NCBI GenBank assembly: GCA_030704615.1
Contig: CM060733.1
Coordinates: forward strand, 70,928,001 to 70,992,000
DNA length: 64,000 bases
Direction: 5' to 3'
DNA from: Takakia lepidozioides
Lineage: Eukaryota; Plantae; Bryophyta
Below are positions 26,757 to 39,721 of this stretch, in pieces (position 1 is the first letter of the stretch; every line of letters begins with the position of its first letter). The notes beneath the pieces were generated by a model. It was given only the letters and a program-made list of their open reading frames with translations. It made no database searches and was not told the origin of the DNA. The position numbers and the translations under genes were made by a program.

Positions 26757-29700
26757 ATGGACGTATTCGACATTTTCGACGATGAAGATGAGTGCATTGA
26801 GGTCCCCATGTCCTCCACACGGTCGTTCAAATCCGACATGGACGTCTCTGCAGGTGCTATGCATGTACTCTCGAGCATAACTCCAACCCGGTCCATTGTG
26901 CAGCTCCTACGACAACATCACCTCGATGGTTCTCGCTCCGAGCTGGCTGCTCTCGACTATGCCAAATTTCCGGTCAGGAAGGTAACGTATCTGCCTCCCG
27001 AAGTCGATGGCAATGTCATCTTCGAGTTTCCACCTGTCACTTCCTCAAACAAAGCCTCAGGGATGTTAACAGACATGGATCGAAAGCATGACAGACACCC
27101 CTGGTGTGTGACGAAGACCAGTAGCACGAAAATTGCTGATGGTGTTCGTGTACGATACGTCCTCTGTGCGGGGAAGCTGAGGTGCCTGAATCCCGCCTGC
27201 TTCCACTTTCTTTCCAAAGGAGGGCGGAGAAACGAGACGGATTGGACTGGCACAACGCATCATCCATTCATTGTCTCCAGCCAAGCTCCTGCGGGTACTT
27301 TCAAGTGCGCACATTGCAAAGAACCACCGACGTGCATGTCCATGTGCAGAGCCAAGCAATATTACGTTATCCATTTGCTCCCGGACTTGACTAGAGCTTG
27401 CATACACGTTGGGGTCCACTGCCACCCCTTGGCGAGAGGCAACATACGTGAGGCTGTGCAGGAAGCACACGACATCATAAAAGAGGAGGTGAAATTGAGC
27501 CCCGGAGCCAGACCAAAGCAGATTCAGCTGAAGGCAGCCCATAAGATTGCTCTTGGAAAAATCATGTCTAAAGATGGTTCAGACCGAGTACCCTTGAACG
27601 AAGAGGAGATGCTTGACCTGTTGGAATCCGTCTCGCACGTTTGTAGTCCGAATGTGCGGAATCACATCGTATCTTGCAAGCAGGAGTTCGGCCGAGGGTC
27701 GGACATGCACTCAATCCTGGAGGTGAAACGAATGACTAGATATGACTACATCCAAGGTAGCAGGTTTCCAGGGCAAGGCAGCGAATCCGATCGTTGTTAC
27801 ATTTTTAAAATGTCGACGTGTGGGTCTGGGAGTGGAGTCGACTTGGTCACTCGCATGACAACTGGAAACCTGTCGAATGTTTGGGTGATGTTTGATCACA
27901 TCGAGCGAATTACAAACCATAAGTGGGTGACTATGGGTGCGCATGTTTATGACTATCACTCCAAGATGCTCATGACGATTGCAATCTGCGAGATGAAAGG
28001 GGAGGACACATAGTTGGAGATGCATCTGTGGGAGGGCATAAACGAGCAGATGGCAAGGGCGGGATTGCCAGAGCCCAATTTCAGGGGATTCATGGCAGAC
28101 AACGCTCAGGCCAACTGGGCAGCGGTGCGGCGTGTGTACGGTGAGGACCCCAATGTGCCAATGGAGGGGAAAGAGAGATCCTGTGGATTCCATTGGATGC
28201 AGAGTCTATCCCACTACACTACCAAATTTGTTGCTAGCTCATTCCAGGCTGAACACCGTGTCCTTTGTACGGCGTGGAAGGATGCACCCACATTTGATGA
28301 CGCAGGTTAAGTTTGCTATCATCGAGGCTTGGTGGAACACGTCAGGTGCAGTGGAGACAACCAATCTGGGAGCCTTGCACAGCTGGTTGGGGTGGTGGCA
28401 TTTCCGGTATCGACAGTTCGGACAGTACATGCGGGAGGTATGATGCTGTCATTTTCGTGCAATTGTCTTTCTATTACGGACCTTTCCATTGGTTCCTCAC
28501 CATTGTCTGTGTCCTTGTAGGAGCGGTGCTTGGATTCCGACACGGACATGCCGAACACGAATATGGCAGAATCAGTGCACTCCTCCTGGCGAGCGTCTTC
28601 TGCCGCACATCTGGTGGACGTAGTGACGGCCACAACAAAGGACATCGACAGAGCAATCATGCAGCAAGCCACGTACTACAAGTTTCCGAGCGGGAAACAA
28701 TGGGGCTTTGGGCCGGACAGGGAGGAATTGTTGGTGCGAACAGCTTTGAGGTCGAAGAATCCACTGAAATGGGCGACAGCATTGCGAGAGAAGATCAAAG
28801 GGACGCCTCTGCACCGCAGAGGTGAGCACCTAGAGGGGGACGTCCGTACTCGCTCTGTGAGGCGGAGGATTAAAGAGGAACCCAGGTGCAAAGAGGCATT
28901 CCTGGAGATCCGACAGGAACATTCGGACAGCACCTCAAGGGCCCGTCATGTTGCCGCACAATGTGTCTTCCAGCAGTGGAAGCCCAAGAAATTCCAAATC
29001 GCCATCGCCTTCAAGCGGGGATTCCGTGCGAGAAATTCCCACCGCTCGCTTGCCCCAGATTCCGCCCCCTGTTATGCAGTATGGCCAAGCCATTGTGGAG
29101 ACGACTGTGTCTGCGTCACAGTGGAGAATTGCTCGCACAAAGCCGTCGTTTCGAGGCAGGTGTTCCTCAATTCGAGTGGATACACGACAACGTTGTTTAG
29201 AGATGATAAGGAGGAATCCAGATGGTGTTGTCCCTGCTCCTACTTTTACAGGAAGATTTGTCCATGCAAAGTTTGCGGAGGCGACAACCACCCAGTTCTG
29301 GTTCTGCAGGCACGACATTATGACTCGCGTGTATGGAAAGCCCAAGTACGGCATACAAACAATGCCAGAGGCTCCCCCGGTGTGGCCGGTGGAACCAGGC
29401 TGCGATCTGAGTCAGGTTGAGGCCGACGCCCTTACCGCCGCAGGATTTCGGATGGTGCAGCGCACTGACGTCCCCAGACAACCATTTTCGCTTCCACAGC
29501 CTCCACCACCGACCCCTGTGAGAGCAAGAACAATGGGACCTGACAGCTCTAAGCATCCTACACACCGTTGGGGGAAACCGAAGAGGCGGCGACCTCCCTC
29601 AAAAGTGAACGAGACAAGGATAGGGAATGCACTTCGGATGAACTGTACAATCCAGAGCTCGACAGAAGTGCCCCCACCAGGCTTCGGGCGTGTGTATCAG

Positions 29701-29952
29701 ATGGCCACGGCAGGCTCAGCTGTTTGCAATGAGGTGTACACCATCACCATTTCAGAATTACCCACCTGCAATTGCACCGACTTTCAGATCATGACGAACA
29801 AGGGGGCATCATACTGCCCTTGCAAGCATCTGTACTACGTGTACCTAAAGAGACTCCGGTGTAATTCCACAACTCATCACTTCATACATGCACCAGGGTT
29901 GAGCCCCCAAGAGGTGCACACTCTTCTGAATATGGATCCAGGGGACCAGTGA
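26757..29952 (+). pseudogene. Mutator-like (MULE) DDE transposase with N-terminal GCM-like zinc domain and C-terminal SWIM finger, about 1030 aa when reconstructed
   Basis: MFDH (~27894), FMADNAQA (~28098), CGFHW (~28182), TNMAESVH (~28569), SWIM CNC..CKH (~29767-29830). Phase-0 GT-AG intron 28438-28520. Lesions: TAG at 28011, frameshifts at ~28305 and ~28880. Confidence 0.8.
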
Positions 29953-30199
29953 CCTTGGCTTGCGGTCCCAACACAATGGTATGCCCATCCTTTTCGGATA
30001 GTAGAACTGTACTGCTGCAAGTAGCTCTGACTCTGGCCACAGAAAGGTCCGACTTATGTCTTGCCTACCAGTAACCTGTTTTGCTCGAACGTCGATAACA
30101 CTATGTCATTCACTCGTGTTTCCACGTGCATGTATTTTTGTGTGTTGGAGGGTTCCTGTTTTTCTGCTCTCCCAAACTTTGCTTTCCTCATTCGACCCC

Positions 30200-30745
30200 C
30201 GGCAAGGAAATGCGGCGCCGCAGTTCCAAGTAACGTCGTAGGTACTGGTAGATGTGGCAGTCAGCAACACCAAACCGCCCAGAAATTTCGCACGTGCGAA
30301 CCCTAATGCGGCACCGCATTTCCTAGTTCACTTGCAAAACTTTCCCGCCGAATACTGGAAGATGACAGAATTGTGCAGACTCTATTGGTTCAGTCGCGGC
30401 AAAATGGTCAGCTTCATTCCAATATTAAGGCATGTAAAACCGCGGAATACTCTATACAGGCCAATATGCGACGTCCTTTTGCCGTGGTATACTGGATTTC
30501 TCGTTGCACGGTCACTCATTTCCATGAGCGGATCTAAAAAACCATGAGCGGAGTTGTTACTGACGACATATCTTTGCCGCATTACAGGATCCGTAACTTC
30601 CAAAAATGACAAGGTCAAATATAAAACTATTATTTTAATACTTGTTTAATCTGCCGCATTTCCAAATTTGGAGGAGTCCGCTCATGAAATCCGCGTGTCT
30701 TAGACTTCGGCTCACCGCTCATGCGGCTCATGGCTCATGGCTCAT
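30200..30745. repeat. probable terminal/subterminal repeat region of the MULE-like element
   Basis: Recurring CCGC/GCGG motifs and tandem GGCTCAT units at ~30709-30748, just before an abrupt switch to gag sequence. Confidence 0.4.
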
Positions 30746-31145
30746 GGTTTCTGCTCATGAAATAGTAAACCTCGTTCCTCACCATTGGGTCCTCGCCCTT
30801 GGTCTATTCTGGGATTATTTCTATAATCCTGATTCCCTGGCTGGTAATTCCCCCTTGGATTACCCTGATAGTTGCCTCTGGAATTGCCTTGGTAATTCCC
30901 TCTTGGATTACTTCTTCCTGCCATGCCATTATTAAATCCACCAGGCCTACCATAGTGGTCCTGATCATTGTTTCTTCTTGGCTGGGGTTGCACTTGATGT
31001 TCTCTTGCAGCTGTCCTTCTGTTGTAATAACAATTCTCAGTATAATGGTTATCCATTTTACAGATAGTACGGTGTTTCTCCTTCATGTGGCATTCAGCTG
31101 TGGTATGACCTTCATTCTGGCATTTTGCACATCTTCAGCGGATTC
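30745..31145 (-). pseudogene. retrotransposon gag C-terminal fragment
   Basis: Degenerate knuckle (R)TICKMDNHYTENC followed by tandem 24-nt (N[P/S]RGNYQG)-type repeats. Confidence 0.6.
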
Positions 31146-31149
31146 TTTT

Positions 31150-32392
31150 GACATGGGAGAAGACTATGCATTACAGATGGCAGAGAAGAAGCGACGGGGG
31201 TCTCCTATGCCTGAAAGGTTACCTCGATATCAGCCTCCAGAGGGCCTCACTTATCCGGGTACTGTTCAAACATCTCCGTCAACCAGTGACAGACCTCGGG
31301 CTCGTACACACAGTCCGCCACGAAACTTTCAACGTCAGAAAGGTGCTCACTCACAAAGGTTTGCTAATCGCAATCAGTAAACCGTGAGGACACGGCTTTT
31401 TGAGAGGGGAAGGGGTAATGTTAGAGGACTGTCTGGGACTTAGACACTTATACGGGATCTGTAGGGTACCCTTAATTTTTGCACAGACTGAGATCAACAG
31501 GAGCCTTAGGGGTGACAGCAGCACACTGTAAAAGGGGGTTACACAGTCCATCACAGCCAACACAGCCCGTCACAGTCGTCACAGCCGACACAGCCATCAC
31601 AACCAACACAGCCCGTCACAACCGACACAGCCACACAGCCGGTCATAGCCCGACACAGCCAAACACAGTCGTACAGCCAGTCACAGCCCGTCACAGTTTC
31701 ACACAGCCAGTCACAGCTTGACACAGCTGTCACGACCATAGGGAACGGAGAGCAGGACATGGAACGACTGTGGGGAACAACACCTGCAAATGGAACATGT
31801 TAGTTCACGAACGACGGTTAGTGAGGGAAACGGTTAGAGCCACGGGTAGGAAGATAAAGGGAGAAGCAAGGACTGAGAAGGGGGGATTATTCTTGGAAGC
31901 ACGTCAGGGGGAGGACTTCTTGGTCAGGGAAGAGAGGGGATCGGGCGGAGAGCAAGAACGGAAGCAAGCATGGAGAGCACAGTGAAGGAGGAGAGATGAT
32001 TAGCAGATGCTTGTTATATGCAAAACTGTAGTGATATTGTAAAGCAGATTAGAGACACAATGGCTTCGGCCTGATACCTGATAAATCATAATCTGATACT
32101 TATACGATACAATCACACTGTGTAGAGAGATCTGAGTGAAGCTGTGGAATGAATGGATGAGTTGAAGGAATCCGATAGATTGATGAAGCAAACTGATACT
32201 TAATTATCAATGGTAAGGTAGCTAACATGAATGTGGAAAGGGAAACAAATAGGAAACACCCCCATGATACACTAGCTGTAGGTCATGACTGATTGTTCTG
32301 AGCGGGCTGAGTACTTAGAGATTTCCAACTCTTCTATCTTGGAGTTTCCGCCTCAGATAGCGAAGGGATGGGTGAGTAAAAGCCGCGCGACA
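31150..32392 (+). mobile_element. 3' end of an LTR retrotransposon: ORF tail, PPT and a complete 974-bp LTR (31419-32392)
   Basis: PPT GAGAGGGGAAGGGG, then TGTTAG...GCGACA. Internal CACAGCC-type tandem repeats 31540-31735. Homologous to 39722-40177 and 26406-26733. Confidence 0.8.
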
Positions 32393-32875
32393 CCAATCAT
32401 CTGCACTTCCCTGCACCTCCACTGCAAATGGACTCGCATCAGGTAGTTGGTCGTCTACTCCTGTGGTGGGCTGTCCTGTTGATAGACGTGACAAGTGATC
32501 TGCCACAAGATGCAAACGGCCAGGCTTGTAAACAACTTTGAACTCAAACTCGTGCAAGATTATTAACCACCTTGCTATCCTTCCACTTATCAAAGGCTTA
32601 TTCACCAGATAAATCAGAGCCTAGAACATAAACTTCCTTCCCAATAAGTAATGCGTGAATTTCTTGACTGCATAAATCATTGCCAATGCTTCTCTTTCAG
32701 TTGTGCTATAGATCCTCTCAGCACTGTTCATCAACCTGCTAGCATAATACACAGGTGAATCTATGTTTCCTGTAACATTTTGGGCTAATACTGCTCCCAA
32801 TGCTTCTCCTGAGGCATCACAATTAACATGAAACACTACATGCCAGTGGGGGTTAATCAGCACAGGTGTAGTTGT
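32393..32875 (-). pseudogene. Gypsy RNase H fragment interrupted by the LTR above
   Basis: CDASGEALGAVL, YYASR, YSTTEREALA, GRIARW, ADHLSR. Confidence 0.85.
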
Positions 32876-32884
32876 TACTGATAG

Positions 32885-34420
32885 TGTAAGTTCCTAATTT
32901 GAGTATCTGGGCCATTTGATATACCCTAGAGGATTGGGTGTTCAACAGACCAATGTGGAGGCCATTGCATGCATTCCACGTCCCATGGATGTAAGCAGAG
33001 TTCGTGTTTTCATGGGATTGACAAACTACTACCGACGGTTTGTCAAGGGATTTAGCAGCATAGCAAAGGCTCTTATCAAGTTGACCAAGGTGGGTAAGGA
33101 GTGACAGTGGGAAGAGGAGCAGGAGCAAGCCTTTGAGGAACTCAAGGCTCGATTGACTTCTGCGCCTATTCTAAGGCACCTATTCGGGGGCGGCCTTTCT
33201 AGCTACGTCATATGGATTGGAGTATGCTGGGGATTGGAGCAGTGCTCAAGCATGTGGATGATGAGGGAAGAGAGTTTGTAGTGGCATATGCCAGCCACTC
33301 GAACAATGATGCTGAGGCAAAATATAGCTCATATGAAGGAGAGTATCTAGCTGTAGTATGGGCAGTGACACATTTCATATGCTACCTCTATGACGATCTT
33401 TTCACCCTTCTCACGGATCACCAACCATTGAAGTGGTTGATAGAGTCAGACAAGCTTTACAGGGAAGCTTGCATAGTGGGCACTTATGCTTCAAGAGTAC
33501 GACTTCCAGGTGGTGGATCAAGCCGGTATAGTCAATCGGGATGCAGATGGGTTGAGTTGTAATCCATGCACAAGCAAGCATGATGATACTGGAGCTCGGT
33601 GGCAGGGTGAGACGGATGAGGAGATGGTGCCAGAATGACATGCATCTGCCTTTTTGTGCATTTTAGCAATGAGAGCTCAAGCTGGTCCACCCCATGGGAT
33701 TGGTCATGTAGATAGTGTGCATGACAATCCAGAAGCTTGGTGGTGCTAAGGATGTGCATGAAGATGCAGCAGTGTTGACCTACTTTCGTACCGGAGAGAC
33801 AACAGCCAATGTGACTCATGTTAAGGAGAGAGATCGAATCCTACAACGAGCCAAGAGGTTCAAATGAGAGGGGACTCACCAACTCCGAGTGTGGGAGGAT
33901 GGACGAATGAAGATTGTGCCTCATCCAACACAACGAACGCGATTGGTATGCCATGCCCATGAAGAGTTGGGACATTTGGGGTGCGACGCACTCATAGTTT
34001 GCTGTAAGGACAGTACTGGTGGCTAGGCATGCACACGGATACAGTTAGTGGCAAGGTGTATGGTGTGTGATACGGTACGTACTTCCTTCAATGCACCTAC
34101 TCCACAATTACATCCTTTACCGATTATAGGTTTGGGCTATCGTTGGAATCTTGACTTTGCAGGCCCATTGCCACTAACGATTCGCCATAATAAGTATGTG
34201 CTGGATGATGGTGGAACACTTTTCCAAATGGATTGAATTGGTAGCGTTGCCTGACAAGGCTAGTGAGGGGGCTACGTATGCATTTTTGGATTGTGTTCTT
34301 AGCCGATTTGGTGCTCCAGCCAAGGTACTCACGGACTAGGGGAGAGAGTTCTTGGGAGAGTTTCAGGCTTTGTGTGAGCAAGCCTTGATAGATCACCGCA
34401 CTACTTCTCGAAATCACCGT
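32885..34420 (+). pseudogene. degenerate Gypsy RT(C-terminal)-RNase H-integrase fragment
   Basis: EYLGH, NYYRRFV, DWS..GIGAVL, YSSYEGE, TDHQPL, IN H..LGHF/C..C, LDFAGPLP, TD.G.EF; many stops and frameshifts. Confidence 0.85.
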
Positions 34421-34509
34421 AATCACTCATATGGTCTGCTGGTCATCAACCCCGCCTCACCATAAGAGAAACACTGGTGGTCTGCTGGTCATCACCCCAG
34501 CCTCACCAC

Positions 34510-35336
34510 CATTACAACAGATCGCGGTATTTATCACTGTCAACCCCCGGCGGTCATGGTTTTCCTGATTTTGGCCATGACTGCATCATGCTTTTATATG
34601 AAATTGACCTCCCGCATTCGTTTATATAAGTATAGTAGTTGTCTGTCTGACTACATGGCTCCGGAATGGACGGAAAGCTGATAAACGACAATTGACCAGA
34701 TATGACTCACCACTCGTAATCATTTCCATGACTACAATGTACATGGATGAGGTTACATAATCATAAGGACTACTTGGGATTTTGTCATTTGGTGTGTATA
34801 ATATATTGTTATATACAATAAAAATACTATATGGTCACATGAGTGAGTAATGGGTGTATTGGTTAACAAGTAGTGAGCTATAAGTTTTATAGCAAAGAGG
34901 TTGCGGGTTTGAACTCCTCCAAGTACAATCAAATGGATAGGATGGCCCTAGGGTTAGTAAACGAGCTAGGGATAGCACATGACACCTTAGATGGGCTGCC
35001 ACGTGGTTTTTTTTTTTAATACTATAAAAAATATCATGCCACGTGGCGCAATGCGGCGTCTATTTTTAAAATATATATATATTTATATTATTTAAAAGTA
35101 GTTGCGCCTCGCCATGTGGCGCGACAGACTTACGAGAGAAAGATAAGTATCTGATTGCAGTATGGTATATATGAATGCAGTGAGAGATATCACTTGGTTC
35201 ACCTAACTGTAGTCATCATGATTGAACCATCATATAGTCATTCTATTCATGCGGTTTGCACGACTTACAGTCGTGGTAGTCATATGTACCGTTTCTGACT
35301 GCGGGGCAGTCATAAATACCGTGATATGTTGTAGTG
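34510..35336. mobile_element. non-autonomous CACTA element (827 bp)
   Basis: TIRs CATTACAACAGATCGCGGTATTTAT and reverse complement CACTACAACATATCACGGTATTTAT (22/25 match); 3-bp flanks CAC/CAT; GTCAT/ATGAC subterminal repeats. Confidence 0.8.
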
Positions 35337-36824
35337 CATCGACAACATGCTATAGGATTGGCCGGTGATCAGATCCGGATCAACCTCTTATGAAAATAAG
35401 TGTCCACACAAAACTGACATGGCGCACAATCAAGCATGCATGTGCGGGTGGATCCAAACACAAGGAAATCAAACAACAACTCCCCCACACCAAAAACCAC
35501 TCCACAGTGTCGCTCCTACACGACACCCCAGCCCAAACCTGGACTGACCTTGCCTCCACCTACGGGAAAGCTTTGGCCTACAACTAGTATAGAAGACTAT
35601 AAGAAAGAAGAACTAAATAAAAGCACTAATCCCAGTGCTCTCATCTCACTATTCTTCCTTTATCTCTACACACTTTTGCTTGACCGATGGACAAGACTAC
35701 CTTTCCATTCTCAAATACCTCTCCAAGAGCCCTCAACTTGCTTTGCTCACTATTGGAGAACTCTCTATGAAGAGTGCATGAAGTAGAAGACAAATCAAGT
35801 TTGGCGTACAAATCAGGGAAGAAACTGTGGTTTTGGGTCCTAAGGACTTTTGTTCGCTATGAAATTTGGTACGCACGTTGCATATGCCGTTACTAGACAT
35901 ATGGCTAAAAAATGGAATGAAAAAAAAAATCATGTGCACCCGAAACGCCATCCAACGGGTCGCAGAGTAATAGCACATCAAACGGAATTCGTCCAACGGT
36001 TGAACGGATGGTTGCCCATCCAAATCATTTCTGTTTGCTTTCAAACTTTGCCAGTACGTTTGGTACACCCTCTCATAGGTCCCGGACTAACTCATTTTAT
36101 GATAATAGCGACCTTATGGCGCACGCGCGAGCTGACCGATGGGCCCCGCGCACGGACGCCCGCCCCCTCCCCCGCCCCCCGCCATCGCTGCGCGCGGTCG
36201 CCCAACCGCGCCCGCGGCAGCTCCGCCCACGCTAGGCCGCGTCCCCAGTCTGCCCGCTAGTCCGTTGGCCAGTCCGCTGTTGTGCTAGTCTGCCCGCCAA
36301 TCCGCTGCCCACTGACGACGCCGCATCTGGACCGTCCGTTCCTAAATCCCATCTGAGCCCTCCATTTTTAGGGCATGAATTCAAACCTTATCCCTGTCGC
36401 CTACAACTTGCCAGCAGCCACGAAGTGCGCACTGTTGCTCCTTGCACGTTGTCCATCGTAAAACGGAAAGCCCGCTTATACGGCCTCTTCGACAATGTTT
36501 GCAAATACCAAAACCAGGACCCTTCAATTTGAAGGACCTCCATTGGAAGAGAGAGACGCAAAATGGGTATATGGGTGTGCGAGTGAATATTCGCAAGTAC
36601 TGTACTTATTGCAACTTTTGTAACTTTTTGTAACTTTTTGAACTGTTTATATTTGTCCGCAGGACCATTCACTATTTAATAGAAATGTCAATAACGCCGG
36701 GCCGTGCTTGTGCGGGGCGCATAATGAGTGGGCAATTCTCGCCAGTTTGACTTTGTAAAGAGACCATTAAGGTCTGTAGCCTCTGATTGGCTCCAGGGGC
36801 GCATAATCTGCCCCCAAATGATAT

Positions 36825-36915
36825 GGAATGGGCAAGCCGCTGGCGACTCTGCGGGTGCGCCGCTCGGGTCGCCTGGCAGCTTACCCTGCAGAGTTGCCAG
36901 CGGCTTGCCCATTCC
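36825..36915. repeat. 28-bp inverted repeat forming a 91-nt hairpin
   Basis: GGAATGGGCAAGCCGCTGGCGACTCTGC (36825-36852) versus GCAGAGTTGCCAGCGGCTTGCCCATTCC (36888-36915); 27/28 complementary. Confidence 0.85.
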
Positions 36916-37877
36916 CTAATACGAACAGGAAACAAGCCACCTTATTATGTCCACCACTCCTGGTTACGTTCATCTTTATGTTTCCTATGCAAGGTGCACA
37001 ACCAGCCAGAGAGCATTGATATGAGGCATTCTCTGACAGAGAGGGATACATAGAACTTCACAGTCGATGATACATACATGCCACACAAGTACAATAAGTC
37101 GCATGGGAATCAAGAAGGTTGGAATGGTCAGAAGGAAGAATCAACCAAAAAAATGATGTTGATATCAGAAGCAACAATGCTTAGGATAGGGCAGCTGATG
37201 ACCTTGTTTATAGCACTAGCCCCTAGGATAACCCTTCATATCTTCTGTTAGGCCTTGTAGCAGCAGTATACTGGGTATATATGCATACACCTTCACAAAG
37301 AAACAAGCCTACCCAGGTTTGCAACTTGGCCTTCCTCTTTACCAAGGAGAGAGCGACAAAGAATAGCACAGTGGTGAGGGCACAGTCTCCACCCTCTCAA
37401 GAGCTCGGGTATAATTTAGCTAAGCCTCTATTTGAGGGTGACTGACAAGGGTTTTTCTAAGAAAGGTATGAATATCTTCAGCGTGCTCTCAATGCATGGT
37501 GGGATTCTGGCAGACCTAATATACAGTACAATTCTACTACCTTGCACTCTCTCATTCGAAAACTCACAGCTAATGACTACCAAAGTGTAGCACCTGTATC
37601 AACTGCAGAAGAATCTGGCCATTCTCGTGAGTTCTCAATTCTGCTACATTGTCGAAACAATTAGCGAGGGCCCTGCAAAAGATTTCAAACTGTGAATAAT
37701 TATGGTGCTCATTGTTATCCACTGAGGCATAGGTTGGGGATGTGAAGCCTCTTGAAGTCTTGCCTGAGATCACTGCAGTCCTCATTGAGCTCGTCGAGGA
37801 GGTACATATCAATGAGGGGCAGAATTGAATGCACTGCCGCATAGACACTTTGTCTGCGCCCATCCGTTGATCGGGCA

Positions 37878-39428
37878 ATGTATGCAAAGACCATGGTGAG
37901 CAAGCTTGGGCTTGCTTATGAGAATATCGATGTTTGCCCAAAGGGGTGTGTGTTGTTTAGAGGGAACTTGCAAGGTTCAGAGAGGTGCCTCAAATGTGAA
38001 AGCGCCCGATTCAAAAATGTGGGGAGATCCAAGATATCTGTTAAGGTGCTTCGACATTTTCCATTGATACTGGACGCCTTTTGCGTATGTATAGATGCTC
38101 TTCTATTGCACAATTAATGACCTGGCACAGTCGGTATGCAAGCAACAATGGCCTAGTGCGCCATGCAACTGATTCAAAGGCTTGGAAACACATTGATGCT
38201 ATTTGAAACACATTGATGCTACTTGGCCCGACTTTGCAGCAGAGCCTCGCAATGTAAGGCTTGATTTTTCCTTCGATGGAGTCAACCCGTTTGGTGATAA
38301 GAACAATTGTTGGTCAAGATGGCTAGTGTTGACGCTGGTATACAACCTACCTCCGTGGCTCACTACAAAGAAGTTCTTTGTCATGCTTACTCTCTTGATT
38401 CTAGGAAAGCAGTCAGTTACAAGTGATCACATAGATGTGTACTTAACACCACTGATGGAGGAGTTACTTGTTTTGTGGAGGGGGCTTCGGGCATATGACA
38501 TATGCAAACCTATTGGTGAGAGAACCTTCATACTATGCGCCATACTATTGTGGAGCATCCATGATCTTCCTACTTATGGCCTACTTGTAGGATGTGTCAC
38601 AAAAGGCTACAAAGGGTGTCCAGTATGCGGTCCTCATGTAGATGCAAGACACTCTAAAGCTCTGCGCAAAACTATCTATCTGGGTCACCGCAGGCTCCTC
38701 CCCCAGGCCCATCCATACCGCAGGAACCGCATACACTTCAATGGACAGGTGGAGATGCATGCAAAGCCACCTCCGTTCACACCGGTTGAACAATTGGCCG
38801 CTGCTGTTGAGGCTAGAGGTTATGACCTTGACCCCAGTGCTTTTCCTGATGCTGAAGTTCATCCAACCAAGGTTCATGGTATCAAACGGCAAAGCTGTCT
38901 ATGGGATTTACCATACTGGAAGGTACCCCCCTGCACTTGTACTTGTTTGAGTTCACTGTTCTTTGTAAATGGAAAAGGTAGTGCCCATGTAGTGGTTACT
39001 TCCTACCAAGTGGTAAAATAGCAGTGCATGTAATTTGGACTTCACATTAATAACTGGTGGAGTGGTAAGAGGTAGTATCCATGATGCTTAGAAAGTTGTT
39101 GACATCACTTGAGAGGTTAATAATGCACTAAATGAGTTGTTTGAACCACTGAGGAGGGACTCTCATGCATCACAGCCACTTTAGACATGGATGTATATAA
39201 TGCTCATAAAATAATCTAATTTATATCGGACTGCAATATGTCGGAATGTTCCTGAAATGGTGTCACCAATTGCAATATCTGCTGCAACGCTACTTACTGC
39301 ATCCCATGCATTGCGAAAAGAATTTTTGTGAAAACTTATTGAAGACGATTTTCGGACTGAAGGACACGGTGAAGGTGAAGAACGACATGGAGGTAGTCGA
39401 CATCAGACGTCACTTGTATGTGGAGTAG
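37878..39428 (+). pseudogene. CACTA/En-Spm transposase (TnpD/Tnp2-type) fragment
   Basis: IDVCPKGC..C..C, EPRNVRL...DGVNPF, YNLPPW, DVYL.PL.EEL, WSIHDLP, GCPVC, WDLPYW, MHCEKN. A 20-bp tandem duplication at ~38186-38225 shifts the frame. Confidence 0.92.
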
Positions 39429-39429
39429 C

Positions 39430-39721
39430 AAGTGGTTTCAACCACTTCCCATCACTGAGGTGTCTATAATCACTCACAATCTACCACTGCACCCGTCCAC
39501 GTGGAATATTATATTTATTAATTAAAATATATTACCAAATAAAAATAAAGTATTACACGTGGACTACTGAGTGGTTGAAACCACTTCCAACCACTATCTG
39601 TGATGCCACCGTGGCATTTCATCGGGGTTAACCACTGCAAGTGGTTCCTAGTGGTTTATAGAGTGGGAAAAGACAGTAGTGGTTAAAGGGCCGGTGGTTA
39701 TTGCGCGTTTTCCTTCTTGTG
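39430..39721. mobile_element. CACTA-type right terminus with AACCACT/AGTGGTT subterminal repeats
   Basis: Multiple AACCACT motifs in both orientations; ends TTCCTTCTTGTG (a CACTA variant). Confidence 0.55.

Noticed and set aside
31540-31735. CRISPR-like or coding repeat array
   Set aside because: Degenerate CACAGCC-type tandem repeats inside an LTR; no unique spacers and no cas genes.
26406-32392. ~330-bp inverted repeats (26406-26733 and 32068-32392) as TIRs of the MULE-like element
   Set aside because: Both are 3' ends of one LTR family: one is followed by a PBS, the other belongs to a complete PPT-preceded LTR. No shared TSD.
35340-35790. Possible retroelement 3' end or small gene
   Set aside because: A/C-rich with an AATAAA, but no recognisable motif; not callable.
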